Assembly (NCBI RefSeq): GCF_004010195.1
Contig: NC_057750.1
Location: forward strand, 3,468,761-3,505,750
Direction of reading: 5' to 3'
Source: Chiloscyllium plagiosum
Taxonomy: Eukaryota
Length of the DNA stretch: 36,990 bases
Each line of letters starts with the position of its first letter. Within the stretch, counting starts at the first letter, position 1. Below the pieces are notes generated by a model that saw only the letters and a list, made by a program, of their open reading frames with translations, was not told where the DNA came from and did no database searches. Shown here one piece after another: positions 12,130 to 24,774 of this stretch. Made by a program: the position numbers and the translations under genes.

Positions 12130-12849
12130 CTGGATTTTCTTTATAGCTCTGGGACATCCGACTACATGGTCTCCTGCAAGTATTAGTCACAGACAATGGG
12201 ACATCACTTACCAGCACAGAATTCGAATATTTCCTAAAATCAAATGGCATTCTGCACATAAGGACAGCTCCATAGTATCCACTGTCCAGTGGTCTGGTGC
12301 AAAGAGCTGTCCAAATGTTGAAGGCAGGTTTAAATAAGCAGCCTACAGTGTCACTTGATACCAAACTGTCCCATTCCTGTTTGATTATAGGACCACTCCA
12401 CACGCAACAACAGGGATAGCTCCAACAGAGTTGCCAATGGGAAGAAGACTCTACCAGGTTAAACCTGATATTTCCAGACCTTGTAGGGGGTTAACAGCAA
12501 CAGGAACATCAATGTCGGCCACATGCCTCCTCCAAGTGAGAGAAACAACTTAATTCAGGGGAAGAAGTTTGGTGATGGAACCATGAAAATGGCCCTGTAT
12601 GGGCACAAAGAAAAGCTGATGCAAGGTCAGGTCCCATGACTGAGATGGATGCAGCCTTGATAGCGTTACTGCTGGAAGAAGAGGAGGAAACTCTCCCAGG
12701 ACACTCCTGACACAAGAGACAGGCTATGGTCGTACACACCGCCCGAGTCAGAGTCCGAGTCAGAAGAACCAAATCTGGGATGAAAATGTTGCAAGAAAGG
12801 CTACAAGAGAAAGACCAGGTCTACATCCCCAGACTTAGTGGGGGAGGGA
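12130..12849 (+). mobile_element. Gypsy-like LTR retrotransposon internal remnant (integrase)
   Basis: Disrupted [44 protein letters not shown]...YRTTPHATTGIAPTEL; polypurine tract AGTGGGGGAGGGA ends at 12849. Confidence 0.8.
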
Positions 12850-13075
12850 TGTAGTGATTGGAATCAGCTGGATCTTGTTGACAACAAGATCCTTGATTGG
12901 CTCAGGGTAACAACCCCAGTCAAGAGAGCCCTGGCTGACCAATATAACCAGGAGATTTAGAATCTCCTCAGTTCAGGGAACTGACTCCAAGCTGGTTAGT
13001 TACAGCTAGTGCTTTATGCACAAATAAATAAAGGTTGACCTGGTGATGGGATACCAGCTTTGTGCAGTTATTTCA
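12850..13075 (+). mobile_element. 3' LTR of the Gypsy-like element
   Basis: Begins TGTAGT right after the polypurine tract and ends TTTCA; internal CCAATATAA and AATAAATAAA. Confidence 0.7.
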
Positions 13076-13728
13076 TGGGGTTGGGTTATTGATGGTCACG
13101 ACCACCCTGGTATTAACAGTGGGACAATGCAGCGCAATGTTTGGCACGATTAGGTTGTGGGTCTGTGAATCAGGAGATATCATTAGAAGGTGATGCTGAA
13201 ATTCAAAAGTGTGTAGAAGCTCAGTATTGATGGGCTTGCCACGGAGTGCAAGGAAGAAGCAAACATGGAGGTTCAAGGGGAATTTAATTATCAGGCTGAG
13301 CTTGCTACTCATTGTTCCAAGTGCAACCTGCGTTGTTTTCCATATTCATGTGAATTGTAAATGGAAAATGGCTCCAATTACATGTGGACTTAACAGTGTA
13401 AGTGTTTATTCCTGTCTAAGCATGCAAGCTCTATTTGTGAATCAAGTGACACCCTTCAAGGGGTAATTACATTAATCAGGCTTTACAGTAACAGTTAAAG
13501 TCACCTTTAAGCATAGTCCTCTTCATATGAATTGCACCCAACAGTCAATGTGCGCACCTATGTTACACTTACAATTATTTTCATAAATTCCAATGCAAGG
13601 GCATAATGCATCTTGTTATGTCGAAAAAGGATTAATATATCAAATTCCATCATGCTTCCACACCTTTTGATATTACTCCCACTTCCATATATAATAAAGG
13701 AGGGTTTTATGCACACTTGCTCACATCA

Positions 13729-13851
<123 letters not shown>

Positions 13852-14030
13852 TTATCAAGTCATCCAAATAATTTGGGAGTGACAATCTCACAATACAAAA
13901 TGCTTATTTATATAATGCACCAATTCTCTACATTAATCAAAACTGTGTAAAAAGATTCCACGCTGTCTTTCTTCTTAGATGGTCAGTTTTTTTCCCACAG
14001 CTATAGGTTATTTCAAACCAGTTGAGGTTA

Positions 14031-15790
14031 ATAGAACATTACAATGCAGTATAGGCCCTTTGGCCCTCAATGTTGCACTGACCGTGAAACCAATCTGAAA
14101 CCCATTTAATCTAGACTGTTCCATTCTCGTCCATACGTCTATCCAATGACCATTTAAATGCCCGTACAGTTGGCAGGTTTACAAGTATTGGAGGCAGTCC
14201 GTTCCACGCCCCTACTACTCTCTGAGTAAAGAAACTACCTGTGACATCTGACCTATACCTATCACCCCTCAATTTGAAGCTATGCCCCCTTGTGGTAGTC
14301 ATCACCATCCGAGGAATAAGGCTCTCATTGTCCACCCGATCTAACCCTCTGATTATCTTATATGTTTCAATTAAGTCTCTAATGAAAACAGCCTCATGTC
14401 CCTCAACCTTTCCTCGTAAGACCTTCCCTCATAAGGCCATACCAGGCAACATCCTAGTAAATCTCCTCTGAACTTTTTCCAAAGCTTTCACATCCTTCCT
14501 ATAATGCGGTGACCAGAACTGCACACAATACTCAAAGTGCAGGTGCAGCAGAGTTTTGTACAGCTGCAGTATGACCTCATGGTTCTGAAACTTGATCCCT
14601 CTATTAATAAAAGCTAACACACTGTATACCTTCTTAACAACCCTATCAACCTGGCTGGCAACTTTGAAGGATCTATGTACATGGATACCGAGATCTCTCT
14701 GCTCATCTACACTACCAAGAATCTTACCATTCGCCTAGTACTCTGAATTCCTGTTACTCCTTACAAAGTGAATCACTTCATACTTTTCTGCATTAAACGC
14801 CATTTGCCACTTCTCAGTCCAGCTCTGCAGTTTATCTACGTCCCTCTGTAACCTACAACATCCTTCAGCACTATCCACGACTGTACTGACCTTAGTGTCA
14901 TCCGCAAATTTATTAACCTATCCTTCTACGCCCTCATTCAGGTCATTTATAAAAATGAAAAACAGCAGTGGACCCAAAACAGATCCTTACAGTACACCAC
15001 CAGTAACTGAACTCCAGGATGAACGTTTGCCATCAACCACCACTCTCTGACTTCTTTCAGCTAGCTAATTTCTGATCCAAACCGCTAAATCACCCTCAAT
15101 CCCATGCCTCCGTATTTTGTGCATTAGCCTACCATAGGGAACCTTATCAAACACCTTACAGAAATCCATATACATCCACATCAACCACTTTATCCTCATC
15201 CACCTGTTTGGTCACCTTCTCAAAGAACTCAATAAGGTTTGTGAGGTACGACCTACCCATCACAAAACCATGTTGACTATCCCTAATCAACTCATTCCTA
15301 ACAAGATGATTATAAATCCTATCTCTTATAAACTTTTCCAACACTTTACCCACAACCAAGGTAAGGCTCACTGGTCTATAATTACCAGGGTTGTCTCTAC
15401 TCCTCTTCTTGAACAAGGGAACAACATTTGCTATCCTCCAGTCTTCTGGCACTATTCCTGTAGACAATGACGACATAAAGATCAAAGCCAAAAGTTTGAC
15501 AAACTCCTCCCTGGCTTCCCAGAGAATCCTAAGATAAATTCGATCCGGCCCAGGGGATTTATCTATTTTCACACTTTCCAGAATTGGCGTGTCTACATAC
15601 TGTGTCAGAAAACTCTCCTGCACACAATGGATAAAAACTGACCCGTCTAAAGTACTTGAACTAAAGTATTTCCAGTCAATATTTGGAAAGTTGAAGTCCC
15701 CATGACAACTACCCTGTCACTCTCACTCCTATCGAGAATCATCTTTGCTATCCTTTCCCCTAAATCTCTGGAACTATTCGGAGGCCTTTT
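14031..15790 (-). mobile_element. CR1-type LINE fragment with internal deletion
   Basis: KSPGPDRIYLRILWE...NPGNYRPVSLT...DSQHGF; YCVQFWSPHYRKD; TRGHSFKL...FFTQRVV; same subfamily as 32540-34810. Confidence 0.9.
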
Positions 15791-16375
15791 CCTTTGGCTA
15801 ACTCATCATACAGCGTCAGAACAAGAATAAGGAATGCGGGACATTTGCTAGTTCAAGTAAGTTTTTTTTTGTTTGTCATTTACCACAGGGTAAAAATAAT
15901 AAAATCCAGAAAGGATTTTAAGAGAAATTTAAGAGAAACCCCAGTAAAATCAGTACTAGGACAAATATTATCAACACACTGTCTTACATTTTCTCTCTGC
16001 ATCAATTAATTATATTTTGATGAAATATGAAAGTTAACAAGATAAATTTGTGGATTTTGCAAATTTTTGTTTGTTCTCAAATACTATGGCCGTAAGGAAA
16101 TTACAACAGCCTCAGTATACTTAAGGGGATCATATTTTTATTCTCGGGAACCTCCTGGTAAGCGCATGTATGACACTAAGTGAGAACAGTCCTTAAAAGG
16201 TTAACCATCCTGCCAACCCTACTGAGGTTTGGTGCCGGAGGGAATCATGAGTTTTGTCAACAATGTGAAATAAGACAGATTATACAAATGTCTCTTTGCA
16301 TTCATCAATATCAGTTAATTTTATTAAGTTTAGTTTTGTTTGTCATTGTTGGAGAATCAAAATGCAGTAACATAC

Positions 16376-16444
16376 CTGCTGTAGCAGATAGTCTTCTTCT
16401 GAAGCAGTGATAAAGTTGGGGATGTAATACACAGTGGCTGGGGC
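16376..16444 (-). CDS. ALKBH6: ALKBH6 coding exon 2
   Basis: gcctttag|APATVYYIPNFITASEEDYLLQQ|gtatgt; 69 nt, phase 0 to 0. Confidence 0.95.
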
Positions 16445-16611
16445 CTAAAGGCAATGCAAAATAATACTTCAGAAGAACTATAATTATCATAGCACAAAGT
16501 TTGCCATAAAATTACCTTAAGTGAATTGAGTAACATGCAAATCTCTCAAAGATATATTTTCCCTTGCATATACATTTCTGGACCATTATATGTAGTATAT
16601 AATAGAAAAGT

Positions 16612-18500
16612 TGTTGTGGTTCTGTTCACCGAGCTGGGAATTTGTGTTGCAGACGTTTCATCCCCTGTCTAGGTGACATGCTCAGTGTTTGGGAGCCTCC
16701 TGTGAAGCGTTTCTGTGATCTTTCCCCCGGCATTTGTAGTGGTTTGAATCTGCCGCTGCTGGTTGTCAGTTCCAGCTGTCCATTGCAGTGGCCGGTATAT
16801 TGGGTCCAGGTCGATGTGCTTATTGATTGAATCTGTGGATGAGTGCCACGCCTCTAGGAATTCCCTGGCTGTTCTCTGTTTGGCTTGTCCTATAATAGTA
16901 GTGTTGTCCCAGTCGAATTCATGTTGCTTGTCATCTGCGTGTGTGGCTACTAAGGATAGCTGGTCGTGTCGTTTCGTGGCTAGTTGGTGTTCATGGATGC
17001 GGATCCTTAGCTGTCTTCCTGTTTGTCCTATGTAGTGTTTTGTGCAGTCCTTGCATGGGATTTTGTACACTACATTGGTTTTGCTCATGCTGGGTATCGG
17101 GTCCTTCATTGTGGTGAGTTGTTGTCTGAGAGTGGCTGTTGGTTTGTGTGCTGTTATGAGTCCTAGTGATCGCAGTAGTCTGGCTGTCAGTTCGGAAATG
17201 CTCTTGATGTATGGTAGTGTGGCTAGTCCTTTCGGTTGTGGCACGTCCTCGTTCCGTTGTCTTTCCCTTAGGCATCTGTTGATGAAATTACGCGGGTATC
17301 CGTTTTTGGCGAATACATTGTATAGGTGTTCTTCTTCCTCTTTTTGCAGTCTGGTGTACTGCAGTGTGTTGTTGCCTTTTTGAATAGTGTCTTGATGCAA
17401 CTTCTTTTGTGTGTGTCGGGGTGGTTGCTTTCGTAGTTCAGGACTTGGTCTGTGTGCATGGCTTTCCTGTATACCTTTGTGGTGAATTCTCCGTTCAGTG
17501 TTCTCTGTACCATCACGTCTAGGAATGGGAGTTGGTTGTCCTTTTCTTCCTCTCTAGTGAATCGGATTCCTGTGAGTGTGGCGTTGATGATCCGGTGTGT
17601 GTTCTCGTTTTCTGTGTTTTTAATGGTTACAAAGGTGTCATCCACATATCTGACCCAGAGTTTGGGTTGAATTTCTAATCTTTGCATTACCGCTTCTGCT
17701 ATGAGTCCAGAGATGGGTGAGCCCATGGGTGTGGCGTTGATTTATTCATATATTTGGTTGTTGAATGTGAAGTGTGTTGTGAGGCACAGGTCCAGTTGTT
17801 TGAGTATGCCGTCTTTGTTGATAGGTTCAACGTCCTGTTGTCTGTTCTGTATGTCCAGCAGGTTGGCTATTGTTTCTCTGGCTAGGGTTTTGTCGATAGA
17901 GATGAACAGTGCTGTTACAGCGAATAAGACCATGGTTTCTTCCTTGTCTATATATATATTTCTGATGATGTCCAAGAATTCCTGTGTTGATTGTATAGAG
18001 TGTCTGGATCCGCTGATCAGGTGTTTCAGTTTCTGCTGTAGTTCTTTAGCCAGTTTATGTGATGGTGTCCCTGGTAGTGATACTATGGGTCTGAGTGGGA
18101 TGTCTGGTTTGTGCACTTTAGGTAGTCCATAGAATCTGGGAGTGTTGTTGATTTCAGGTTTCATTCTTTGTAGGTCAAACCTGATTATCTGTCCGTTTTT
18201 TTGTAGGTTCTTCAGTGTGTTGTTTATCCTATTGGTGAGCTGTGGGGTGGGGTCAAACTCCCTCTTTTGGTAGGTGTTGGTATCTGCAAGTAGTTGTTGT
18301 GCTTTTTGGGTGTGGTCTGCTTTGTCCAGGATGACCGTCATTCTGCCTTTGTCTGCTGGTAGGATGATTATGTTCTTATTGTTTCTTAGTGATTTCAGTG
18401 CTTCCCTCTCCTTGCTGTTGAGGTTATGTGTTTGTCTTTTCCTTGTTATCAGAGGTACGATACTTTGTCTCACTGTTTGTTGTGTCTCTTCTGTTAGTCC
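16612..18500 (-). mobile_element. Penelope-like element (Poseidon-like), RT plus GIY-YIG endonuclease, 5'-truncated and frameshifted
   Basis: IILPADKG...PRFYGLPKVHKPDIPLRPIVS; MGSPISG...WVRYVDDTF; NVVYKIPCKDCTKHYIGQTGRQLRIRIHEH...REFLEAW; hammerhead-like motif in the 3' terminus. Confidence 0.93.
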
Positions 18501-19245
18501 AAGGGTTATACAATTAATGGTATGGCCTTGGATAATGTTGTAGAACAGAAGGCCCTAGGGGTGCAGGTATGTAATTCTTTAAAGTTTGTGTCACATATAG
18601 ACAGTGTGGTTAAAAAGGTGTTTGGCACACTTGCCTTCATTGCTCAGTCCTTTGAATATCGGAGTTGGGACATTATGTTGAGATTATACGGGACATTGGT
18701 CAGGCCTCTTTTGGAATACTGTGTCTAGTTCTGGTCACCCAGTTACAGGAAGGATATTATCAAGCTGGAGAAGGTTCAGAAGAGATCTACCAGGATGTTG
18801 CCAGGTATGGAAGGTTTGAGTCTTAAAGAAAGGCTGGGACTTTCTTCACTGTGGCATAGGAAGTTGAGTGGTGACCTGATAGAAGTTTATAAAATACAAG
18901 AGATATTTAGATAGAGTTGATAGCAGTTGTATTTTCCCTAAGATGGGGAAGTTCAAGACCACGGGACATATTTTGAAGGTGAGAGGACAGAGATTTCAAA
19001 AAGACATAACAGGCATTTTTTTTTAACAGAGGGCAGTTCACATGTGGAATGAACTTGCTGAGGAAATGGTGGATGCATGTAGAATTACAATGTTTTAAAA
19101 ACATTTGGATAGACACATGAATAGGAAAGTTTTGGAGGGAATATGGCCAGCAGCAGGCAGGTGGGACTAGTTTAGTTTGGGATTACTTTTGGCATGGAAT
19201 GGCTGGACTGGAGGGTTTATTTCCATGCTGTATGACTCTATGACA
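18501..19245 (+). mobile_element. CR1-type LINE 3' fragment
   Basis: FEYRSWDIMLRLYGTLVRPLLEYCV; 3' end ctgtatgactctatgac; homologous to about 24010-24770. Confidence 0.88.
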
Positions 19246-19589
19246 GTGATTTTAATATTTTCCTTTGAAAATATTAAATCACTTACTGAAAACAACATGT
19301 TGCCAAGTGGAGATCACACACATTCCAGTGAAAAACAAGGAAAAGATACAGATTTGTCCAATTGTTAAATGAAAGTTGGCATAACCTTGCCTCTACTACC
19401 ATTCCCTTATTATTTTGCCAGATCACAGGGGAGCAGGAATAGCTCTCAACCTCAGCCTATTCAATTAGAAAGCAGACAGATCATGAACTTAAAGATAGTA
19501 AATCTGTTAAGACCAGCAAGTGTCAAGGTAATTAGTGAACCCTCCTTCCCATCTATATAAAAAGTCAAAAGAGGGGAAAGATTGAGAAG

Positions 19590-19695
19590 GAGGCTCTATC
19601 ATGGTAACCTCAGCTGGTGTTGGAACTAATCTCACGTGGTTAGTGTCACTCTGCAATGTAAACCTGCCATCCAGCCCACTGAGCTAACAGACCCC
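19590..19695 (-). mobile_element. tRNA-SINE head fragment (same family as 1985-2247)
   Basis: catggtaacctcag...gtgtcactctgcaatgtaaacc...atccagcccactgagctaac is reverse-complement-similar to about 1988-2070. Confidence 0.55.
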
Positions 19696-19725
19696 ACGTT
19701 CACATATTCCACACAATGCACTAAC

Positions 19726-19779
19726 CTGATCCACGTAATAAGGCTCCAGTTCACAAGGCCTTTGATTTTGAGCATCCAT
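19726..19779 (-). CDS. ALKBH6: ALKBH6 coding exon 1 (start codon)
   Basis: ataATG: MDAQNQRPCELEPYYVDQ|gttagt; 18 aa, like the human N-terminus MEEQDARVPALEPFRVEQ (recalled); in-frame TAA 24 nt upstream; spliced CDS is 717 nt = 238 aa plus stop. Confidence 0.88.
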
Positions 19780-20042
19780 TATGGGTTCAAACCAGTGAAG
19801 TTAACATCTTCTGAGTCATGGTTAAGATCATGGATAGCTGCACTGTAACTTCATAAGAATGGAAGGTGAAATTAGGAACCAAATAAACATATTTAGAACA
19901 TGTTCTAATTTCAACACACAAAATCAAGAATGCTCACAGGGCCAATATAGAATATTTATTGCCCATTTGTCCACTGTGTACACTCTTAAAATCTGTATAA
20001 TGTACTCCAAGCAAAACCGCCATTGGTCTCATTATAAAGGTT

Positions 20043-20369
20043 GGATTAGATTAGATTCCCTACAAAGTGTGGAAACAGGCCCTTTGGCCCAACAAGCCCA
20101 CACCGACCCTCCGAAGAGTATACCACCCAGTCCCATTTCCCTCTGACTAATGCACCTAACACTATGGGCAATTACTATTGGCACAGCCAATTCACCTGAC
20201 CTGCACATCTCTGGTGTGTGGGAAGAAACCAGAGCACCCAGAGGAAACCCACGCAGACACGGGGAGAATGTGCAAACTCTACACAGACAGTTGCCCAAGG
20301 CTGAAATCGAATCTGGGACCCTGGTGCCGTGAGGCAGCAGTGCTAACCACTGAGCCACCATGCCGCTCC
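20043..20369 (-). mobile_element. HE1-type SINE
   Basis: Reverse complement of the 6203 family, with (AGATT)n tail at 20045-20055 and A/B boxes at about 20305-20360. Confidence 0.9.
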
Positions 20370-21284
20370 AGAACTCCTCTGACTCAACTCTGTGAATTAG
20401 CTGAAAGGAGATGGAACACTGAAGCCCAAATCAAGGATAAACACCTACAATTTATTTAGGAGTCTCCATTTAAATCCCTGGACTGCACGAAGGTAATTGA
20501 TTCTGAATCAGGTGGGGATTATATAAAAGGACAGATAGAAAAACTAGGTTTCTTTCAATTACAGCAAAGAAGATTATGAGAAATGAATAGTCTATCATGT
20601 TACATGATTATCCAGACTTTTCATAAAGCAAATAAGAAAAATGAAATTGCTGGATTGGTAACCAGAACACATAAAACCAAGATAATTAACAATGGGAAAA
20701 TTGGGAGCATTTTTAAGCAAAGTTTTGTTAGCATATGGAATGTCCCATCAAAAATGACAAGCAGAATACATAACAGATAGCAAAAAGTAAATAAATAATC
20801 AAAAACAAATATTTAAAAGGCCAGGGTTAATAGGATCAAATGAACTGGCAAATATACACTAGGCAGACTGATTACTTCTATGCTGCATGTCAATGACTTA
20901 GTTTCAGTAATCACCAAAGAAATGAAATTTATTTTTCTGGACTCACTTTGTCACTTGTGTGCAAACACAGACCTGCCCAGACATTACTTTCTCAATTTTT
21001 AAAAATCCTTCTCCTGCTCATGATGATTGGAGACACAGAAAGACATGTTTATCCCAAATGCCCTTTCCAATTGTTTCAAATATTATTTTATTGTTTCTGT
21101 TAATCTTCTAGCATCATGAAATGATGGACATGTAGCTAATCAAATTATTCTGGGATGAGGCAGCTTCATAAGGTACACTATACTGATGACTGAAAACATC
21201 AATTCTTGAGGCAGCTTCTACCAAAAATGTCACAAGTGAAGAAATTATCATGTGTCTTTCTAGTTTGTTCTATTTGGTAAAAAT

Positions 21285-23530
21285 TGAAAGAACTGCAGAT
21301 GCTGGAAATCATTAACAAAAACAGCTTATTGAGCTCAGCAGGTATGGCAGCATCTGTGGAAATAAATTAGAGTTAACCTTTCGGGTCCACTGACCCTTTG
21401 TTAGAATTGACAGTAGCTAAGAAAAAGTTGATTTTAATGCAGAAGGGTGGTGGGAGGGTTTAATGAGTAAACAATGGGTGGACATAGGGCCAAAGAGAGA
21501 GAAGAATAGTTGGACTGATGTGGAGGTGCCGGTGTTGGAATGGGATGGACAAAGTTAAAAATCACACAACACCAGGTTATAGTCCAATAGGTTTATTTGG
21601 GCGTACAAGCTTTTGCTCCTTCGTCAGGTAGCTACTGGTGTACGATCATAGGATACAGAATTTATCGCAAAAGATCATAGTGTCATACACTGATACAATA
21701 TATTATGTATTTTGTAACCTATTTTGTTCAAAAAGCACACAATCTGTAGGCAGTCAATATTTTTTATAATCCATGTGACATTTTATAAATTCCTACTTTG
21801 GAAATTGAACTAGACTGACTCAAGATTGGAATACATACAGACTCTAACCTCACTTTTAATACATTGTCTTAGCTGAGATGTCACCTTTTTTTAATAAAAC
21901 CTTACGTTATCTCAGGAATGTGACTTGAAAGAAGTTCTGGGATTTACATATTAATGAATCTAAACCTGTAACCCATTCTAAAAGATGAAAGACTTAACAG
22001 CAATTTAGGTTTGTTCAGTATTCAAGGTATGACATTATGACCTTTTGCTATAAATTCTGTATCCTATGATCCTACTCCACCTGAAAGAGCAGCGCTCCGA
22101 AAACTTGTACTTCCAAATAAACCTGTTGGGACTATAACTGCGCTGTGTGATTTTTTAACTTAATAGCTGGACTGACAAAAGAGTGGATAACGATCAGCCT
22201 AGGAGAATGAATAGCAACTATTGGGAACTATAACTGGCTAACAATGGGTTGTGAGTAACAGCAGTCTATGTGATAACAAGGCCTGGTGTGTGGAGTTTGG
22301 GGTAAGGGCATGGAAGAAGCTACCTCAAAGCTCTAAAATTGTTGAACTTGATATTGAGTCCACAAGGCAGTAGAGTTCCCAAGGGGAATATGAGGTGCTG
22401 TTCTTCCAAATTTGCTGGAGCACTGCAGCAAGCATTGAACAGAGATTTTGGCCAGGGAACTAGATGGTGTTTACGTAGCTGGCAAGTGGAAGCTCAGGGT
22501 TCTTTTTGCAGACAGGTATTCTGTGGAATGGACACTCAGCCTATACTTCGTTTCCACAATGTAGAGACCATGTTGTGAACAGCAAATGCAGTTTGAGTGA
22601 AGTGCATGTAAAGCACTGCTTCACCTGGAATGTGTGTTTGGTTTCTTGGATACCGATGAGGAAGCAAATAAACAGGCAGGTGTTACGCCTTCTGTGTTGG
22701 CAGGGGAAGATGCCATGAAGTTGTGGGAGATGTTGGGAGAGAAGGAGGAATGGACCAGGGTGTGCCAGAGAGTATATTCCTTCCAGAAGGCTGACAAGGG
22801 AGGGGAGTAGAATATGTGTCTAGTTCTGTCATCCTGCTGGTGAAGCTGTACGACACTCAAACTAGTCCACTTCTTTTGCTGTTCACATCGTGGTCTCTAC
22901 ATTGCGAAACTAAGCACAGACTGGTTGTCCATTTCACAGAATACCTATGTTATGTCTGCAAAAAGGACCCTGAACTTCCAGTTGCCAGACACTTCAACAC
23001 ACCACCTAGTTCCCTGGCCAAAATCTCTGTCTCATGGTTGCTGCAGTGCTCCAGCGAAATGGCCACCTCTGGATGTTATTGCAGGTGGAATGGTAGGTGA
23101 AGTGTCGGGGGGCCCAATCATTGTTGAGGGAAGAAAGGGGCTGAGGGCTGAAATGTGGGAGATGACTGAGGGCCCTGTAAACTATGGTGCTGGGGAATCC
23201 TCGTTTGAGGAAGAAGGTGGACATTTCATAAGCCCCTTTTTCAAAGATGTGATGGAGATGGGACTAATTGAGAGAATGGAGCAGGATGTGAGGATATGTA
23301 GTCAAAATAACTGTGGGTCGGTGGGTTTGTAGTGAATATTGGAAGCCAGTCTATCCCCAAAATAGAGATAGAGATGTCAAGTTATCTCTATCTTCTGCAT
23401 CATGCCCCTGTCTTCTGCAAAAAAATCGTTCTTAGCTACCATCAGCTCTGAGCAAGGGTAATACAAACTCTCGATTTGTGTCAACATATGCTGTCAGACC
23501 TGCTGAGCTTTTGCAGCAATTTCTGTTTTT
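21285..23530. mobile_element. Degraded, rearranged Penelope-like element (Neptune-like) with inverted termini
   Basis: Left end ctcagcaggtatggcagcat and inverted right end atgctgtcagacctgctgag; GIY-YIG-type remnants on both strands (ETKHRLVVHFTEYL...LPVARHFN on +); FFLKRGFPSTIV on -. Confidence 0.7.
21519..22161. mobile_element. Non-autonomous PLE-type element with about 140-bp inverted arms, nested in the older PLE
   Basis: 14-bp target-site duplication (TSD) aatagttggactga (21505-21518) / aatagctggactga (22162-22175); arms about 21552-21695 and 22022-22161. Confidence 0.8.
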
Positions 23531-23760
23531 GCTCTATTTGATGTTCAGTTAAAAATCACTTCATTCAGAATCTACTCATTCTAATCCCATGATATAAAAT
23601 GAGGTCAGAATAGATAGACGCTTGACAACCGGAGCAGACACGCTCAGATATTTTCCATTTTCAAATTTAAACTGACCCATTTTCTCCATGCATCTCACAT
23701 CTTTCGCAATGTCGGTAGTCACTGTCTAATTTTAAAACCACATCGGACTTCGGGCGCGAG

Positions 23761-24774
23761 TGCCACAAGGATCAGTGGTGGGTCCACTACTTTTCATCAT
23801 TTATAGAAATGACTTGGATGTGAGCATAGGACATATAGTTAGTATGTTTGCTGATGACACAAAAATTGGAGGTGTAGTGGACAGCAAAGAAGGTTACCTC
23901 AGATTACAATGGGATCTTGATCAGATGGGCCAATGGACTGAGAAGTGGCAGATGGAGTTTAATTTAGATAAATGTTAGGTATTTATCTGCATTTCGGGAG
24001 AACAAATCTTAGCAGGACTTATACACTTAATGGTAAGGTCCTAGGGAGTGTTGCTGATCAAAGAGACCTTGGAGTGCAGGTTCATAGCTCCTTCAAAGTG
24101 GAGTCACAGGTAGATAGGATAGTGAAGAAGGCGTTTGGTATGCTTTCCTTTACTGGTCAGAGTATTGATTACAGGAGTTGGGAGGTCATGTTGCGGCTGT
24201 ACAGGGCATTGGTTAGGCCACTGTTGGATATTGTGTGCAATGCTGGTCTCCTTCCTATCGGAAAGATGTTGTGAAACTTGAAAGGGTTCAGAAAAGATTT
24301 ACAAGGATGTTGCCAGGTTTGGAGGATTTAAGCTATAGGGAGAGATTGAATAGGCTAGGGCTGTTTTCCCTGGAGTGTCAGAGCTTGACGGATGACTTTA
24401 TAGAGGTTTACAAAATTATGAGGGGCATGGATAGGATAAATGGACAAAGTCTTTTCACTGGGGCGTGGGAGTCCAGAACTAGAGGGCATAGGTTTAGGGT
24501 GAGAGGGGAAAGCTATAAAAGAGACCTAAGAGGCAACTTTTTCACTCAGAGGGTGGTACGTGTGTGGAATGAGCTGCCAGAGGATGTGGTGCAGGCTGGT
24601 ACAATTGCAACATTTAAGAGGCGTTTGGATGGGTATATGAATAGGAAGGGTTTGGAGGGATATGGGCTGGGTGCTGGCAGGTGGGACTAGATTGGGTTTG
24701 GGTATCTGGTCTGCATGGATGGTTTGGACTGAAGGGTCTGCTTCCGTGCTGTACATCTCTATCCGTCTGTAACT
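23761..24774 (+). mobile_element. Relatively intact 5'-truncated CR1-type LINE inserted in a CpG island
   Basis: PQGSVVGPLLF...MFADDTKIG...RTRGHRFRV...FFTQRVVRVWNELP; possible 5-bp TSD GCGAG at 23756-23760 and 24775-24779. Confidence 0.92.

Noticed and set aside
11930..12403. 157-aa minus-strand ORF
   Set aside because: Antisense of the Gypsy integrase remnant running into the Rex1-like fragment
16514..16540. Alternative ALKBH6 first exon MLLNSLK|gtaat
   Set aside because: No homology; 19726-19779 fits the known N-terminus in length and sequence
18495..18530. Both Poseidon-like copies abut a similar CR1 position (tacaatt.atg/a.t; compare 36604-36620), suggesting target specificity
   Set aside because: Only two cases, involving opposite element ends and offset junctions, and CR1 is abundant enough for coincidence
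23575..23690. Short minus-strand ORF MEKMGQFKFENG… as an ALKBH6 N-terminal extension
   Set aside because: An in-frame stop precedes ATG 19779 and no homology is evident; the region may only hold a non-coding first exon
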